A DNA stretch of 63,412 bases from Octopus bimaculoides. Taxonomy: Eukaryota. Of the stretch, positions 1 to 12,366 are shown one piece after another. The notes beneath the pieces were generated by a model. It saw only the letters and a list, made by a program, of their open reading frames with translations. It did not search any database and was not told the DNA's origin. The stretch covers positions 20,347,279-20,410,690 of the forward strand of contig NC_069003.1 in the NCBI RefSeq assembly GCF_001194135.2, given 5' to 3'. A program made the translations under genes and the position numbers. Each line of letters begins with the position of its first letter. Position 1 is the stretch's first letter.

Positions 1-299
1 ATTTTTTTTATATAATTGGCATCATTGGATTCCTCTAGTGGAGGTCTATCAGCAAAGTTGAATTTAAATATAGTTTTCTTTTGAAATAAGAATAATATTT
101 GGAGTCAAAGTCGATTTTTCTACTAAATATTTTTGCATATAACTAATGAGTATAAATTCCTCTCGCCAAGATCTATCATATAAACTAAAAGAAAATATTG
201 ATTTCTTAAAAAAAAAAAAAAATATGTGGACTTGATTTCAGGCATTACTCTCCTGTTTTTGACCTTACATATTTGACTGAACCTTTTTTCCTGCTGAAC

Positions 300-528
300 T
301 AATTTTCAAATAATACAGTTCTATATTTAAGAGATGAGGAATTATGTACATTATTTACATTTGATGGATATTTGTCCTCATCTTGTTTGTTGTTAACGTT
401 TCGGCTGATATACCCTTCAGCCTTCATGAGCCTGATGTAGGCTGGAGGGTATATCAGCCGAAACGTGTTAACAAGAAACAAGATGAGGACAAAATTTCGG
501 TCAAATGTAAATAATGTAATTTTCAAAT
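300..528. mobile_element. Non-autonomous Penelope-derived palindromic mini-element (two head-to-head terminal-repeat copies) with 12-bp TSD
   Basis: Arms ~314-428 (-) and ~431-517 (+) are reverse complements and match the Penelope end at 45108-45200 and 46660-46749; TAATTTTCAAAT at 300-311 and 517-528. Confidence 0.8.
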
Positions 529-996
529 GTTTTAGCTTGAAGTGTGGTTTATAATGTGACCAATCAAAAAAATGTAAACATTATCTAATTTGGTTACAAA
601 CTGAATTAGTGACAAAGACTAGAAGTGGCCATGAGTGAGTAAATGTTGACCTTAAGACTGTCATGTGTGAATGATATATATATATATATATTATTATTAT
701 TATTATTATCATTATTATTATTTTTTTTTTTTCCTCTTCTCTATCCTTTTATATCCCTGTCTCTCAATAGACTCCTGGTTAATCCTTAAACTAAAAATTG
801 TAGCTTCATCCAGTGTAACTTTTGCATTATTTTTCTACATGTTTATACCTTGTAACTCTTACATGGTAATATGGAATTAAAAATATACCCAGTTTTCCAG
901 TCTTTGCCTTTGTTTACCTATCTGTCTATCAGTCTATATATCTGTCTGTCTGTTTCCTCTCTCTCTCTCTCTCTCTCTTTATATATATATATGTAT

Positions 997-1247
997 AGGC
1001 GCAGGAGTGGCTGTGTGGTAAGTAGCTTGCTTACTAACCACATGGTTCCGGGTTCAGTCCCACTGCGTGGCACCTTGGGCAAGTGTCTTCTACTATAGCC
1101 TCGGGCTGACCAAAGCCTTGTGAGTGGATTTGGTAGACGGAAACTGAAAGAAGCCCGTCGTATATATGTATGTATATATATACGTATGTGTGTGTATATG
1201 TTTGTGTGTCTGTATTTGTCCCCCCAACTTCGCTTGACAACCGTTGC
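997..1247 (+). mobile_element. tRNA-derived SINE family A (runs into N-gap)
   Basis: Head GGCGCAGGAGTGGCTGTGTGGTAAG...GGTTCAGTCCC (A/B boxes), body CCTTGGGCAAGTGTCTT, internal (TA)n. Further copies at ~7225-7385(-), 8110-8500(-), 17195-17360, 52185-52330, 53830-53985(-), 59850-59975(-). Confidence 0.85.
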
Positions 1248-1890
1248 NNNNNNNNNNNNNNNNNNNNNNNNNNNNNNNNNNNNNNNNNNNNNNNNNNNNN
1301 NNNNNNNNNNNNNNNNNNNNNNNNNNNNNNNNNNNNNNNNNNNNNNNNNNNNNNNNNNNNNNNNNNNNNNNNNNNNNNNNNNNNNNNNNNNNNNNNNNNN
1401 NNNNNNNNNNNNNNNNNNNNNNNNNNNNNNNNNNNNNNNNNNNNNNNNNNNNNNNNNNNNNNNNNNNNNNNNNNNNNNNNNNNNNNNNNNNNNNNNNNNN
1501 NNNNNNNNNNNNNNNNNNNNNNNNNNNNNNNNNNNNNNNNNNNNNNNNNNNNNNNNNNNNNNNNNNNNNNNNNNNNNNNNNNNNNNNNNNNNNNNNNNNN
1601 NNNNNNNNNNNNNNNNNNNNNNNNNNNNNNNNNNNNNNNNNNNNNNNNNNNNNNNNNNNNNNNNNNNNNNNNNNNNNNNNNNNNNNNNNNNNNNNNNNNN
1701 NNNNNNNNNNNNNNNNNNNNNNNNNNNNNNNNNNNNNNNNNATCTATACTATAAAAAGGAAAATTTGAGAAATTATGAATTTCTTGCATCCCCACTCCCT
1801 ACCCCCCATTTATCCACTGTGATTCAAAAACATTATGGAGATGTACTTGCATAGCAAGTAACTTGATCTGAGATTGCGTGCTGAAACAAA

Positions 1891-2180
1891 AACAATTGCA
1901 GCATGAAAGATGTTTGTAAGCCATTCAAGAACACACAAAAACAGTTAGTTTCACTTCAACATTTAAATTTCATTTGTGTCAAAATATTTCCATCACTTTG
2001 AAACCTCGACCTGTTCACTGACAAAACTTCATAAAAGTGATGCAGCACAAAGTTTTGTCAGTGAACAGGTTGTGGTTTCAAAGCCATGAAAATATTTTGA
2101 CTCAAATAAAATTTAAATGTTGACGTGAAACTGCTTTTGTGTGTTCTTGAATGGCTTACATCTTCCACACTGCTATTGTT
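1891..2180. repeat. Foldback/MITE-like inverted repeat (~140-bp arms, ~20-nt spacer)
   Basis: 1891-2029 is the reverse complement of ~2050-2180 (e.g. CCTGTTCACTGACAAAACTT / AAGTTTTGTCAGTGAACAGG; GTAAGCCATTCAAGAACACACAAAA / TTTTGTGTGTTCTTGAATGGCTTAC). Confidence 0.85.
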
Positions 2181-3068
2181 GATGACTTAAATATTGAGTT
2201 ACGCAAAGGATAATAACATACTTTCTAGTAGCATACTTTTCGATTAGAAAATGATTTTTTTTTACACACATGCACGCACGCACGCACACACACATATACG
2301 CGGCTTTGCTTGATTCAGGTGGGGGTAAAAATTTAGATTGCAATTCATTTTGTAGTTTCTCTTCCACCAATGGACCATGCGTGTGTTACTTCAGCATCAT
2401 AATTCCATAAACTGTGTTTAACGGGAGAAAAATATTGGAAAAACATCAATACATGTGAGAGTGAAAAGTGAGGGTGATTTGGGTTGTGCTAGAAACAACA
2501 GCGAAACCTCCCTTGAATTATTCACCTTTTCTTCTGAAAATATTTACATTTTTTTTTTTGCTACCGCATGGTTTTTAAGTTAAAAACGAAAATGGCCAAA
2601 ATCAGTCTGGATAGGGTGAAAGGTAAAAGAATAAGTACAGCCGGTGTTTAAGGTTAGGGTTAAGGTTACGCCAAAAATGGGTGGTGTGTGTATTCTTTAC
2701 CTCCACAGTTATTATTGTATTCTAAACAGCCGTAACAACAAAATCACTTCAAAATCTTTTTTACAAAAATTATATGGTATTTTAAAAAATTTTCATTCAA
2801 TAAATAATGTTTTTACATTATGTATACATTAATAGAAAAAAACCGTTGGTTTTCCAAATAGCGAATGAAAACTTGAAATAAAAACATTAAAAGAGAAAGT
2901 GAGAGACTTCTCAAATGAAAATGGAATACTCTGCAGTGAATGCAATGAATATTTAAATTTGTCAAGAATTGGATGCAGCGAATGTAATGAATATTTAAAT
3001 TTGCGAGAAATTGGAGTTAAAAAATTGAATAAACTTGAGAAATCGAAATTATAGGAAATTTCTTAGAA

Positions 3069-5776
3069 CATCATCATCATCGTCATCATCATCATCATCA
3101 TCATCATCATCGTTTAATGTCTGCTTTCCATGCTGGCATGGGTTGGACGGTTTGACTGAGGACTGGCGAGCCAGATCGCTGCACCAGGCTCCAATCTGAT
3201 CTGGCAGAGTTTCTACAGCTGGATTCCCTTCCTAATGCCAACCACTCCAAGAGTGTAGTGGGTGGTTTTACGTGCCACTAGCATGAGGTCCAGTCAGGCA
3301 GTACTGGCAACAACCTCGCTCAAATGGTGTTTTTCACATGCTACTGGTACAAGTGCCAATAAGGTGACTCTGGTAACGATCACGCTCGAATGGTGCCTTT
3401 TATGTGCCACTGGTATGGGAGCCAATCAGCGGCGCTGGTGACAATCACGCTCAGATGGTGATCTTAACGTTCCACTAGCACAGATGCCAGTCAGGCAGTG
3501 TTGTCATTGGTCGCGTCAGCGAATTTGATTTCGATTTCACTTGTCTCAACAGGTCTTCGCAAGCAGAGTTTAGTGCTCAGTGAAGGAAAGGTATGCCTAA
3601 GTGGGCTGGTTACACCACTGGCATAGGCCACAGGTTATAGTCTCACTTGGCTTGCCAGGTCTTCTCAAGCACAGCATATTTCCAAAGGTCTCGGTCACTA
3701 GTCATTGCCTCGGTGAGGCCAAATGTTCAAAGGTTCACCACCTCGTCTCAGGTCTTCCACAGGTTCCTTCAGCCACTATGGTGTGACACTTTTTCACACA
3801 GCTATCCTCATCCATTCTCACCACATGACCATACCAGCGCAGTCGTCTCTCTTGCACACCACATCTGATGCTTNNNNNNNNNNNNNNNNNNNNNNNNNNN
3901 NNNNNNNNNNNNNNNNNNNNNNNNNNNNNNNNNNNNNNNNNNNNNNNNNNNNNNNNNNNNNNNNNNNNNNNNNNNNNNNNNNNNNNNNNNNNNNNNNNNN
4001 NNNNNNNNNNNNNNNNNNNNNNNNNNNNNNNNNNNNNNNNNNNNNNNNNNNNNNNNNNNNNNNNNNNNNNNNNNNNNNNNNNNNNNNNNNNNNNNNNNNN
4101 NNNNNNNNNNNNNNNNNNNNNNNNNNNNNNNNNNNNNNNNNNNNNNNNNNNNNNNNNNNNNNNNNNNNNNNNNNNNNNNNNNNNNNNNNNNNNNNNNNNN
4201 NNNNNNNNNNNNNNNNNNNNNNNNNNNNNNNNNNNNNNNNNNNNNNNNNNNNNNNNNNNNNNNNNNNNNNNNNNNNNNNNNNNNNNNNNNNNNNNNNNNN
4301 NNNNNNNNNNNNNNNNNNNNNNNNNNNNNNNNNNNNNNNNNNNNNNNNNNNNNNNNNNNNNNNNNNNNNNNNNNNNNNNNNNNNNNNNNNNNNNNNNNNN
4401 NNNNNNNNNNNNNNNNNNNNNNNNNNNNNNNNNNNNNNNNNNNNNNNNNNNNNNNNNNNNNNNNNNNNNNNNNNNNNNNNNNNNNNNNNNNNNNNNNNNN
4501 NNNNNNNNNNNNNNNNNNNNNNNNNNNNNNNNNNNNNNNNNNNNNNNNNNNNNNNNNNNNNNNNNNNNNNNNNNNNNNNNNNNNNNNNNNNNNNNNNNNN
4601 NNNNNNNNNNNNNNNNNNNNNNNNNNNNNNNNNNNNNNNNNNNNNNNNNNNNNNNNNNNNNNNNNNNNNNNNNNNNNNNNNNNNNNNNNNNNNNNNNNNN
4701 NNNNNNNNNNNNNNNNNNCTCTATTATTGCCTGGAGGACTATGATAAATAGGAGGGGGCTGAGGACTGAACCTTGGTGGACCCCTACCCCTCCTCGGAAT
4801 TCTTCACTGTACTCATTGCCAACCCTCACCTTACTGACAGCGTCTCTGTACATAGCTCGCACAGCTCTCACTAACCATTCATCTATCCCTAGTTTCCTCA
4901 TTGACCATCAGATAAGGGATCTAGGGACCCTGTCGAAGGCTTTCTCCATGTCAACAAAAGCCAGTTACCGGGGTTTATCTTTGGCTAGGTATTTCTCCTG
5001 CAGCTGTCTTACTAGAAATATAGCATCAGTGATGTTTTTCCCTGCCACAAACCCAAACTGCATCATGTCTAGACTAACCCACTCCCTAATTAGTTGGGCT
5101 ACAACCCTCTCCATGACTTTCATTACCTGATCTAACGGCTTGATACCTCTGTAATTATTTGTATCTAATGCGTCACCTTTACCTTAGTAGCAGGTGAATG
5201 TAATGCTGCTACACCAGTCATTGGGTATGACTCCTTCATGTTATCACCTGGTTGACTATACGGGTGACTAGGCTACAGCTGACACCGCCAGATATTTTGA
5301 GCATCTCTGCGGTGATTCCTGATGGGCGGGGGCTTTCCCTGTCTTCATACCCTTAATTGCTTTATGTACCAAGGCACTGTCAATTTGAATAGCTGGTCCC
5401 TCTGTTGGGTTGGCATTTGGCAGACTCTTTTTCTCCCATTCATTCTCTTTATTTAGCAACCTTTCATAGTGGCGTCTCCATACCTCTCTCTTTGCAGCCT
5501 TGTTTAATGCAAGTGAACCATCATCCATGTGGACACATTTCTCTCCTACGACATCATGATTTTCTCTCACACACTGTCTTGCAACATGAAATACCTGAAG
5601 TCTTTGGTCCTCACGGTGCAGAACATTGGCAAATCTTTCCTTATCTGCTTCCCCTCTGGCTAAATAATCCTGTCTCCTAGCTTCCTTTCTGGCAGTGTGG
5701 TACCATTCCCTGCTACCACCATTCTTCCAGTCCTTCCAAGCCTGTTTCTTTTCCCTAATGGCCCTGTCAACAACAT
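3069..5776 (-). mobile_element. 5'-truncated RTE-clade LINE (RT domain, C-terminus, repeat-bearing 3' UTR, (GAT)n tail)
   Basis: RT peptide LRKLGIDEWLVRAVRAMY...GVHQGSVLSPLLFIIVL; C-terminal RRLRWYGHVVRM; tail CCAACCCATGCCAGCATGGAAAGCAGACATTAAACGATGATG; interrupted by an N-gap, frameshifted. Confidence 0.92.
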
Positions 5777-6094
5777 GAATTTATAAAAATATTTCCAAAT
5801 GGTCAACCCTTTAATAATTATTTTCTTTTCATACTTTTAATAATTGTTACATACCTAATTAATAATCAGCTTTCTCCATTATAGTACTGGTATAAATATA
5901 ATGAATAAACGAGTTATAAATAAGACAATCATTATTATTATTCCAATAATTAACCTCATCATTGGAGGTAAAACATTTCTTCTATCTATTATTGACATTA
6001 TTAAAGTGAGTTAGGTAGAATGGTTGTATCATTTAGAGCGTTGGTAATCTTTACTTTCTTAACATCTTCTGCTCAAATCCTATACTAACAAAAT

Positions 6095-6395
6095 CAAAAA
6101 ACGGCACAGCACCCATGACTTTTGGAAACATTTTTTCATGTTGAGAATTGCTGAAGTGTGGAATAAACTACTCACACCAGTTGTTAGCTGTCAGGACAAT
6201 ACATCCTCTAAAACTACCATGCTTCCTGAAATTCACCAGCAGTGCACCTGATGCCACCCACTCTTTTTTTTTTAACTCTTTTACTGTTCATTTTCTGTGA
6301 ATTATTCTGTATACTGTTCATACACTTTTGGTTACCTTTTTTTGATGAGTTGTAGTGCACCTGAGTACTGTATACAATAATTTCATTATTATTAT
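6095..6395 (+). mobile_element. CR1/L2-type LINE 3' end fragment
   Basis: Translates HDFWKHFFMLRIAEVWNKLLTPVVSC (the FF..R....WN.LP..VV C-terminal motif); ends in (ATT)n. Confidence 0.65.
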
Positions 6396-6409
6396 GATTG
6401 TTATTTTGA

Positions 6410-6800
6410 AAGGCAGTGAACTGGCTGAATTTTTAGAACATTGGGCAAAATGCTTAGCAGCATTTCATCTGTCTCTCCACATTCTGAGTTCAAATTCCGC
6501 CAGGGTTGACTTTGCCTTGCATCCTTTCAAGGTTGATAAATTAAGTACCAGTGAAACACTGGGGTCAATGTAATTGACTTACCCCTCCCCCCAAATTTCA
6601 GGCCCTGTACCTGTAGTAGAAAGGTTTATCATTGTTATAAAGGTGGTGAGCTGGCATAATTGTTAGCATGCCAGGTGAAATGCTTAGTGGTAATTCGTTT
6701 GCTGCTATGTTCTGAGTTCCAATTCTGTTGAGGTTGACTTTGCCTTTCATCCTTTCAGGGTTGATAAATTAAGTACCAGTTGAGTACTAGGGTTGATGTA
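6410..6800 (+). mobile_element. Two tandem copies of tRNA-derived SINE family B
   Basis: AAGG(C/T)GGTGAGCTGGCAGAAT...CTGAGTTCAAATTCC...GACTTTGCCTTTCATCCTTTCGGGGTCGATAAATTAAGTACCAG, (ATT)n tails. About 18 copies in the window, e.g. 11258-11425, 21590-21728(-), 21825-22190, 24445-24950, 27255-27470, 30218-30430, 30780-30970, 54030-54490, 54933-55145(-), 56445-56655. Confidence 0.88.
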
Positions 6801-6831
6801 TATTCATTTGCTTTTCTCTTTTTAATTTCAG

Positions 6832-6994
6832 TTTATTTATCTGGAGCAATGAAACCATCAATATCTGGTCCCATCTTCTTGGCTGTCTCATATTTGCGGT
6901 TCTGCTGATGTATGATAATGTCTATGCCATTCCAAAGATATCCGGTTCCTTTATGGATCACATCATCTGTAGTATATCTCTCATATGTTTTCAG
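6832..6994 (+). CDS. PAQR3: PAQR3-like progestin/adipoQ receptor, coding exon 2 (S-LFIWSNETINIWSHLLGCLIFAVLLMYDNVYAIPKISGSFMDHIICSISLICFQ)
   Basis: Pyrimidine tract + ttcAG acceptor ending 6831; CAG|gtgcgt donor; 163 nt, entering in phase 2 and leaving in phase 0. Contains the PAQR ExxNxWxH motif (NETINIWSH). Not in the ORF track in this frame. Confidence 0.95.
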
Positions 6995-8730
6995 GTGCGT
7001 ATTACAACTGTTACACATTAATTCCCTTTCCTCACGCCCAGTAGTGATGGTGGTGGTGGTGGCAGTGGTAGTACTGGTGGTGATGTTAGTGGTTGTGTTG
7101 GTGGTAGTTGATATTAGTATTTCAAGATATTTTTAATGTAATTTTGGTAAATATATCTCTTAAAATAAGATATCAGTGTTATTTTCATTTTCGTGTAATT
7201 TAGATGACATGGTACCCTGTATATATGATGGGTTTCTTTCAGTTTCCATCTACCAAATCCCCTCACAAGGCTTTGGTCGGCCCGAGGCTATAGTAGAAGA
7301 CATTAGCCCAAGGTGCCATGCAGTGGGTCTGAACCTAGAACCATGTGGTTTGGAAGGAAGCTTCTTACCACACAGCCATGCCTGACCGTTTTCTTTCTGG
7401 TCTGGTTGTATGGTTAAGAAGTTCACTTCTTATCTGTGTGGTTTTGGATTCAATCCCACTGCATGTCAACTTGGAGAATTGTAATCTGCTGGCATGGTTG
7501 CTTTTTATGTGGCACTGGCATAGTTGCTTTGTATGTGGTGCCAGCATGGTGGCTTTTTTAAGACCACAGGGTATAATTTGAAGGGTATGTAGCTACTACT
7601 TTTTGCAAGTCACACCTTTACTGTTGTGGTGTTAGCTATAATCAGTTCTGTTTGAGCAGGCCAATGCTACAGTTTCAATCCCACTGTACAGCAGTTTGGA
7701 TGAAGTCTTGTACCATAGTGTCAGGTTGACCAATAAACCAATGCTTTGTGACTGGTAAATCACTGTACAGCATTTTGAATATCTTACTGTAGTCTTGTAT
7801 TGACCAATGTTTTGTGAGTAAAGTTTGGTAAGAAGGAAACTGTGCAGAAGCTTGTGAGAAGAACTGTTCCTATTCTTTGGTGGTAGATTTAGATTTAATC
7901 CCTTCATCTGGTCCTCAGGAACTTCTAGTGGACTCCACTGTGTTGCAAGCATTCAAGTCAGGTCATTGGTCTCAGAAAAATAATGTTCACCCTTTCTTCC
8001 CCTCTCCAAGTCTTAGAGACCTCCAGAGTAAGGCTACTGCCACTACCCTTCCTCCCCACTCCCTGACTTGGTCATTAAAAGAAACAAAACAAAAAAGATT
8101 CCAAACTGTATTTATTCTTTTACTCTTTTACTTGTTTCAGTCATTGGTCTATGGCTATGTTGGGGGCCCCTGCCTTGAAGGGCTTTTATTCAGCCAAATT
8201 GATCCCAGTACTTATTTGAAGCTTGGTGTTTATTTTGTCTGTCTTTTTTGTCAAAGTTCCTAGTTACAAGGATGTAAACTATTTTACATCAGTTGCTAAA
8301 TGGTGAGAACACACACACACACACACACACTCATTCGACAAGATTCCACCGGTTTCTTTCTTTCAGATTCACTCTTGAGGCATTGGTCAGCTTGTAGCTA
8401 TAATAGAAAACACTTTCTTGAAGTGCTGTCTAATGGGACTGAGCCTGAAACTTCATTGTTATGAAGCAAAATTCATTTTCACACTACCATTCCTGTGCCT
8501 AAAACGATCACACTATTCTGATGCTGAAAATTGAACTCAGGCCACTAGATGACATGGGATGTATTTCTTTAACTGTCTTGCTTAAAATTTAGAAGTTAAA
8601 AAGCAATTGGTTCCTTTTTTGAAAATGGTCAGTAGTTTGTGTTGATTGAGATTCAAATAGGCTGATGATTATAAAATTAATAAGCTTAAATATTGCTGAG
8701 GCTAATCAACATTTCCAACTAACTGGATTA

Positions 8731-9670
8731 TAGATTTAGGTCTGTCATGAACTCTAGGATTCATGAGACCAGAGCTTAACCTGGATTCTATGACATAAGT
8801 TACTGTGATTATAATACTCTGCTTCATCCCACCCAATAGGATGCTAGTTTATCACAGGGTTAACTTGCCAGCTGTTGCAAGAACTCATCTCTGAGTGGAC
8901 TGGAACAATGGGAAATGACATTCCTTGTTAAATGGCTCAAGAACACAATGTACTGCCTATTCCAGGAATTGAACCTATGGCATTACAATCGTGAGTCAAA
9001 CATTCTCAGCACTGGGCCACATGACTGTTATCGACATTGTAATCCTTTATTTTATGCATTTAAAGTATTGCATTTGTAGCAGTTTTTGCAAATAGAGAAG
9101 GATGATTCCTCATTTCATTCTTCATAGCCTCATAGAACTTAGAGTTAGATCTGTAATAAGTCCTAGAACTTAAAAGGCTGGAGTTTAATTCATTTTCCAT
9201 CATAAATGATTGAGCTTGCAACACTGGCTACCTTCCCTGGATGGTATGGTGGTCCATTGTAGAGTCAACTTCTCAGCTATTGTCAAGTGAACTTCTTAGT
9301 AGAGTCAACTTCTCAGCTGAGTGAACTGGATCAACATGAAATAAAATATTTCACTCAAGAATGTAACACACTGCCTAGTCTAGGAATTGAAACCATGATC
9401 TTATGGTCTTACTAAGAATTAGACTTAGATCTATCATGAGCCCTAGTACTCATAAAACTAGAGCTCGACCTGGTTTCCATAGCAAATAAGTGACTGAGAT
9501 TACAACATTCTCCCTCTCCCCCTGAACAAGATGCCAGTCTGTCGCAGAGTTAACTTACCAGCTATTACTGGAACTCATTTACAGCTGAGTGGACTGAGGC
9601 TATGTGAAATGATGTGTTTTTTCTCAAGTACACAAAAACTGCCTGGTTCGGGAATCAAAACGAAATTTTA
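8731..9670 (-). mobile_element. Three head-to-tail degenerate SINE copies with a V-domain-like core
   Basis: Unit ends repeat at 8731, ~9140 and ~9419 (TTAGATCT(G/A)TCATGA...CTAG). The minus strand shows a tRNA head, CTCAGTCCACTCAGCTGTAAATGAGT and CTGCGACAGACTGGCATCTTGTTCAGGGGG. Confidence 0.65.
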
Positions 9671-10302
9671 CATTCATGGATTGATATAACAAATAATGAG
9701 ATGGGAATTTCTTCAGGGATGCCCTCTGAGTGAAGAACATATAGTTAAGTGAGGATTAATATACTTAGAGTATGATAAGAGAGAACATCCCCTTTGCCTT
9801 GTCACCCACTACTATCAATTATTTGAATTAGTTAAAACGATTGCATCTGTAATGAAAAGATAAGTCATTAGACTCGAGAGGTCTTGTCAAGAAATCTAAA
9901 GAAGACAACTTCGAAATCCTCAAACTGGAGAGAGAGCCAACTTGAATGTCTGTAACAGAGTGGAATCCACTGAAGCGATTAAAAAGTAAATAGGAGGACC
10001 TGTAGTGGGGAGTTGGAATTAGTTTTATTTCGCAAGTACAGTGATAACTCTAAACATGTTTCTGTATTATTTAGACTGCTTCAGCAAAGCAAAGTCTAAC
10101 TGATAGATGCTAGACCTTAGATTGACCTGGAAAGAATATTTAGGATTTTGAGTACAAAAAAAAAAAACAACGAAACAAATAAAACACAAAGAGTAAACAT
10201 TTACTGATTAATGTAACGTAAATAGGAGAATATCTACTCCCAACTGAGAATAAAGTAAAAAACTAGGCTATGGATAGTGGTGGCAGTGGTGGTAGTGGGT
10301 TA

Positions 10303-10490
10303 TTATTTAGTGGATTAGCACCAAGATATGTGTTATGTCATAAATAGGAAGGTGTCTAATTTAGTGGACTAGTACCTAGAGATGTGTTATGTCATAAAAA
10401 AGAAGGTGTATAATTTAGTGGATTAGCATCAAGGGGGCTAGCTGTGCCATAGACAGGATGTGTTTATTTCTAAGTGAATTAATACCTGTG
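10303..10490. repeat. ~54-bp tandem repeat, about 3 copies
   Basis: ATTTAGTGGATTAGCACCAAGATATGTGTTATGTCATAAATAGGAAGGTGTCTA repeated with divergence. Confidence 0.7.
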
Positions 10491-11718
10491 TTTGTTTTCA
10501 TTCTATAGTTTTGTGGTGGCATATTGAATCCAGCTAGAACAATAATAAAACTTTAATAACTTTCCAGATCTATTTGGACAGGAAGGTAAAAATGGAAAGA
10601 GAAGTGCCTATTCTCCTCTTTTAAGTTTGGTTAAAAAGTGGGTGACAGGGACAAAAGTGACAAGTGTTTTGCTTCTGACCTTCAGCTGGTACCTGAAGAG
10701 AGAGGATGACAACTGGGAGAGGCCACTTATCCTTGGTGGTCATGGTGACCCTAGATTTGTGAGGTTTCTTTGTTGGCCCTTGTTGGAGGCTCTCCACTAA
10801 CAGACGCCTATATCAGTCCTTATTTGAATATGATATATATTCTTTATCTCTAGCGATTTTTTTTCCTTGTTTTATTTCTGTGTAGACGTCCACATTGGCA
10901 GACTCATTATAGTGTCAGACAAAATGTCTTGTGGTATTTTTTCCAGTCCTTTACATTCTGAGTTCAAATCTTATTGATGTCAACATTACCTTTTATTCCC
11001 CAGGGATCAATAAAATAAAATATCATCAAGAACCGAGGTCAAATGTTATTGACTAACCATTTCCTTCTAAGTTACTGGCCTTGAGCCTAAATTAGGAACA
11101 GTTATTATTATTATTATTATTATCAGACTGGAGCCTGGTGTTGCCATCCGGTTTCACCAGTCCTCAGTCAAATCGTCCAACCCATGCTAGCATGGAAAGC
11201 GGACGTTAAACGATGATGATGATGATGATGATTATTATTATTATTATTATTATTATTGTTAAGGTGGTGAGCTAGCAGAATTGTTAACACGTCAGGCAAA
11301 ATGCTTAGTGGTGTTTCATCTGCCACTGCATTCTGAGTTCAAGTTATGTGAAGGTCGTTTTTTTGCCTTTCATCCTTTCGGGGTTGATAAATTAAGTACC
11401 AGTGAAACACTGGGGTCAATGTAATCTTTTTCTTTTTGCCAGTTATTAAACTTGAAAATTGAAGACTGACGATGTCATTCCATCAACGTGGGAATGCTAG
11501 TTGCCCTTGTTCAAGTTTTGTATTTGAATATCTATAATTATGAATTTCTATGTACCACTCTTCATTTTGAACTCAACAAAGACAGGCAAGCTGTTGGAAT
11601 ATCATTGAACCAACGAAATATCTGTTGCTATTGCATTGTGCTCTTCATATTGCCTATTTACTTTTGTGAAGAGTGACATCAATATTTTAAAATATCATCA
11701 TCATCATCATCATCATCA

Positions 11719-11770
<52 letters not shown>

Positions 11771-12213
11771 GTATGATGCATTTAATGAGCAACTATGAGT
11801 TTAGGGTGACATCTTTTTTGATGACTAATGTTGACAATATTGAATTGTTTTGTTGGGGATCAGGACTTTTGTTAGCTTAAAAAAGAAAATAAAAGATACT
11901 CATTATAATTAATGAATTTGATACTATGAATGTGAAGAGTACTAGGTGTGTGTGCGTGTGCGTGTGCATGTGTGTGTACGTGCACGTGTGTGTGTATGCT
12001 TGTGTGTATGTATTGTACTCCAACAAAAAACAATGAGTCCTAAGTTGTACTCCGATAAAAAGCAAAGAATGCCAGGTGTGTGTTGTACTCCAACAAAATA
12101 AGGAAGTATTAAGTACTATAGAAATTCAATGTTCTTTGTTGTTTTAATCATTCTTTTGTATATTTATTTATTTTTCTCCTTTTTTTTGTTTCTTCTTCCT
12201 CTTCTCTCTGCAG

Positions 12214-12366
12214 ATTTGTATGATTAGTTCTGCTTCATATCATGTCTTTTACTGTCATTCCCCTAAAGCCAATATCCGGTGGTTGGCTATTGACCTGTCT
12301 GGAATAATATTTGGTCTGATGGGATGTTACATTCCTGGGGTGCATTATTCATTTTATTGTTTAGTG
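12214..12366 (+). CDS. PAQR3: PAQR3-like coding exon 3 (ICMISSASYHVFYCHSPKANIRWLAIDLSGIIFGLMGCYIPGVHYSFYCLV)
   Basis: ctgcAG acceptor, GTG|gtaagt donor, 153 nt phase 0/0. SxxYHxFxCHS and D-x-x-GI motifs of the PAQR/HlyIII family. Confidence 0.96.

Noticed and set aside
2640-2675. TTAGGG-like motifs (TAAGGTTAGGGTTAAGGTTA; also ~20418)
   Set aside because: One or two imperfect units only; not an interstitial telomere. It may belong to a Helentron-type repeat, but that is unsupported.
1-6831. PAQR3 first coding exon (expected ...NPYI..GYR...C..S)
   Set aside because: No such peptide was found in the readable sequence; it is probably upstream of the window or, less likely, in a gap.
9700-10160. 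Possible CR1/L2 AP-endonuclease remnant on the minus strand
   Set aside because: Only vague similarity (LNILSRSI*GL...; FEDFEVVFFRF) with many stops; needs a profile search.
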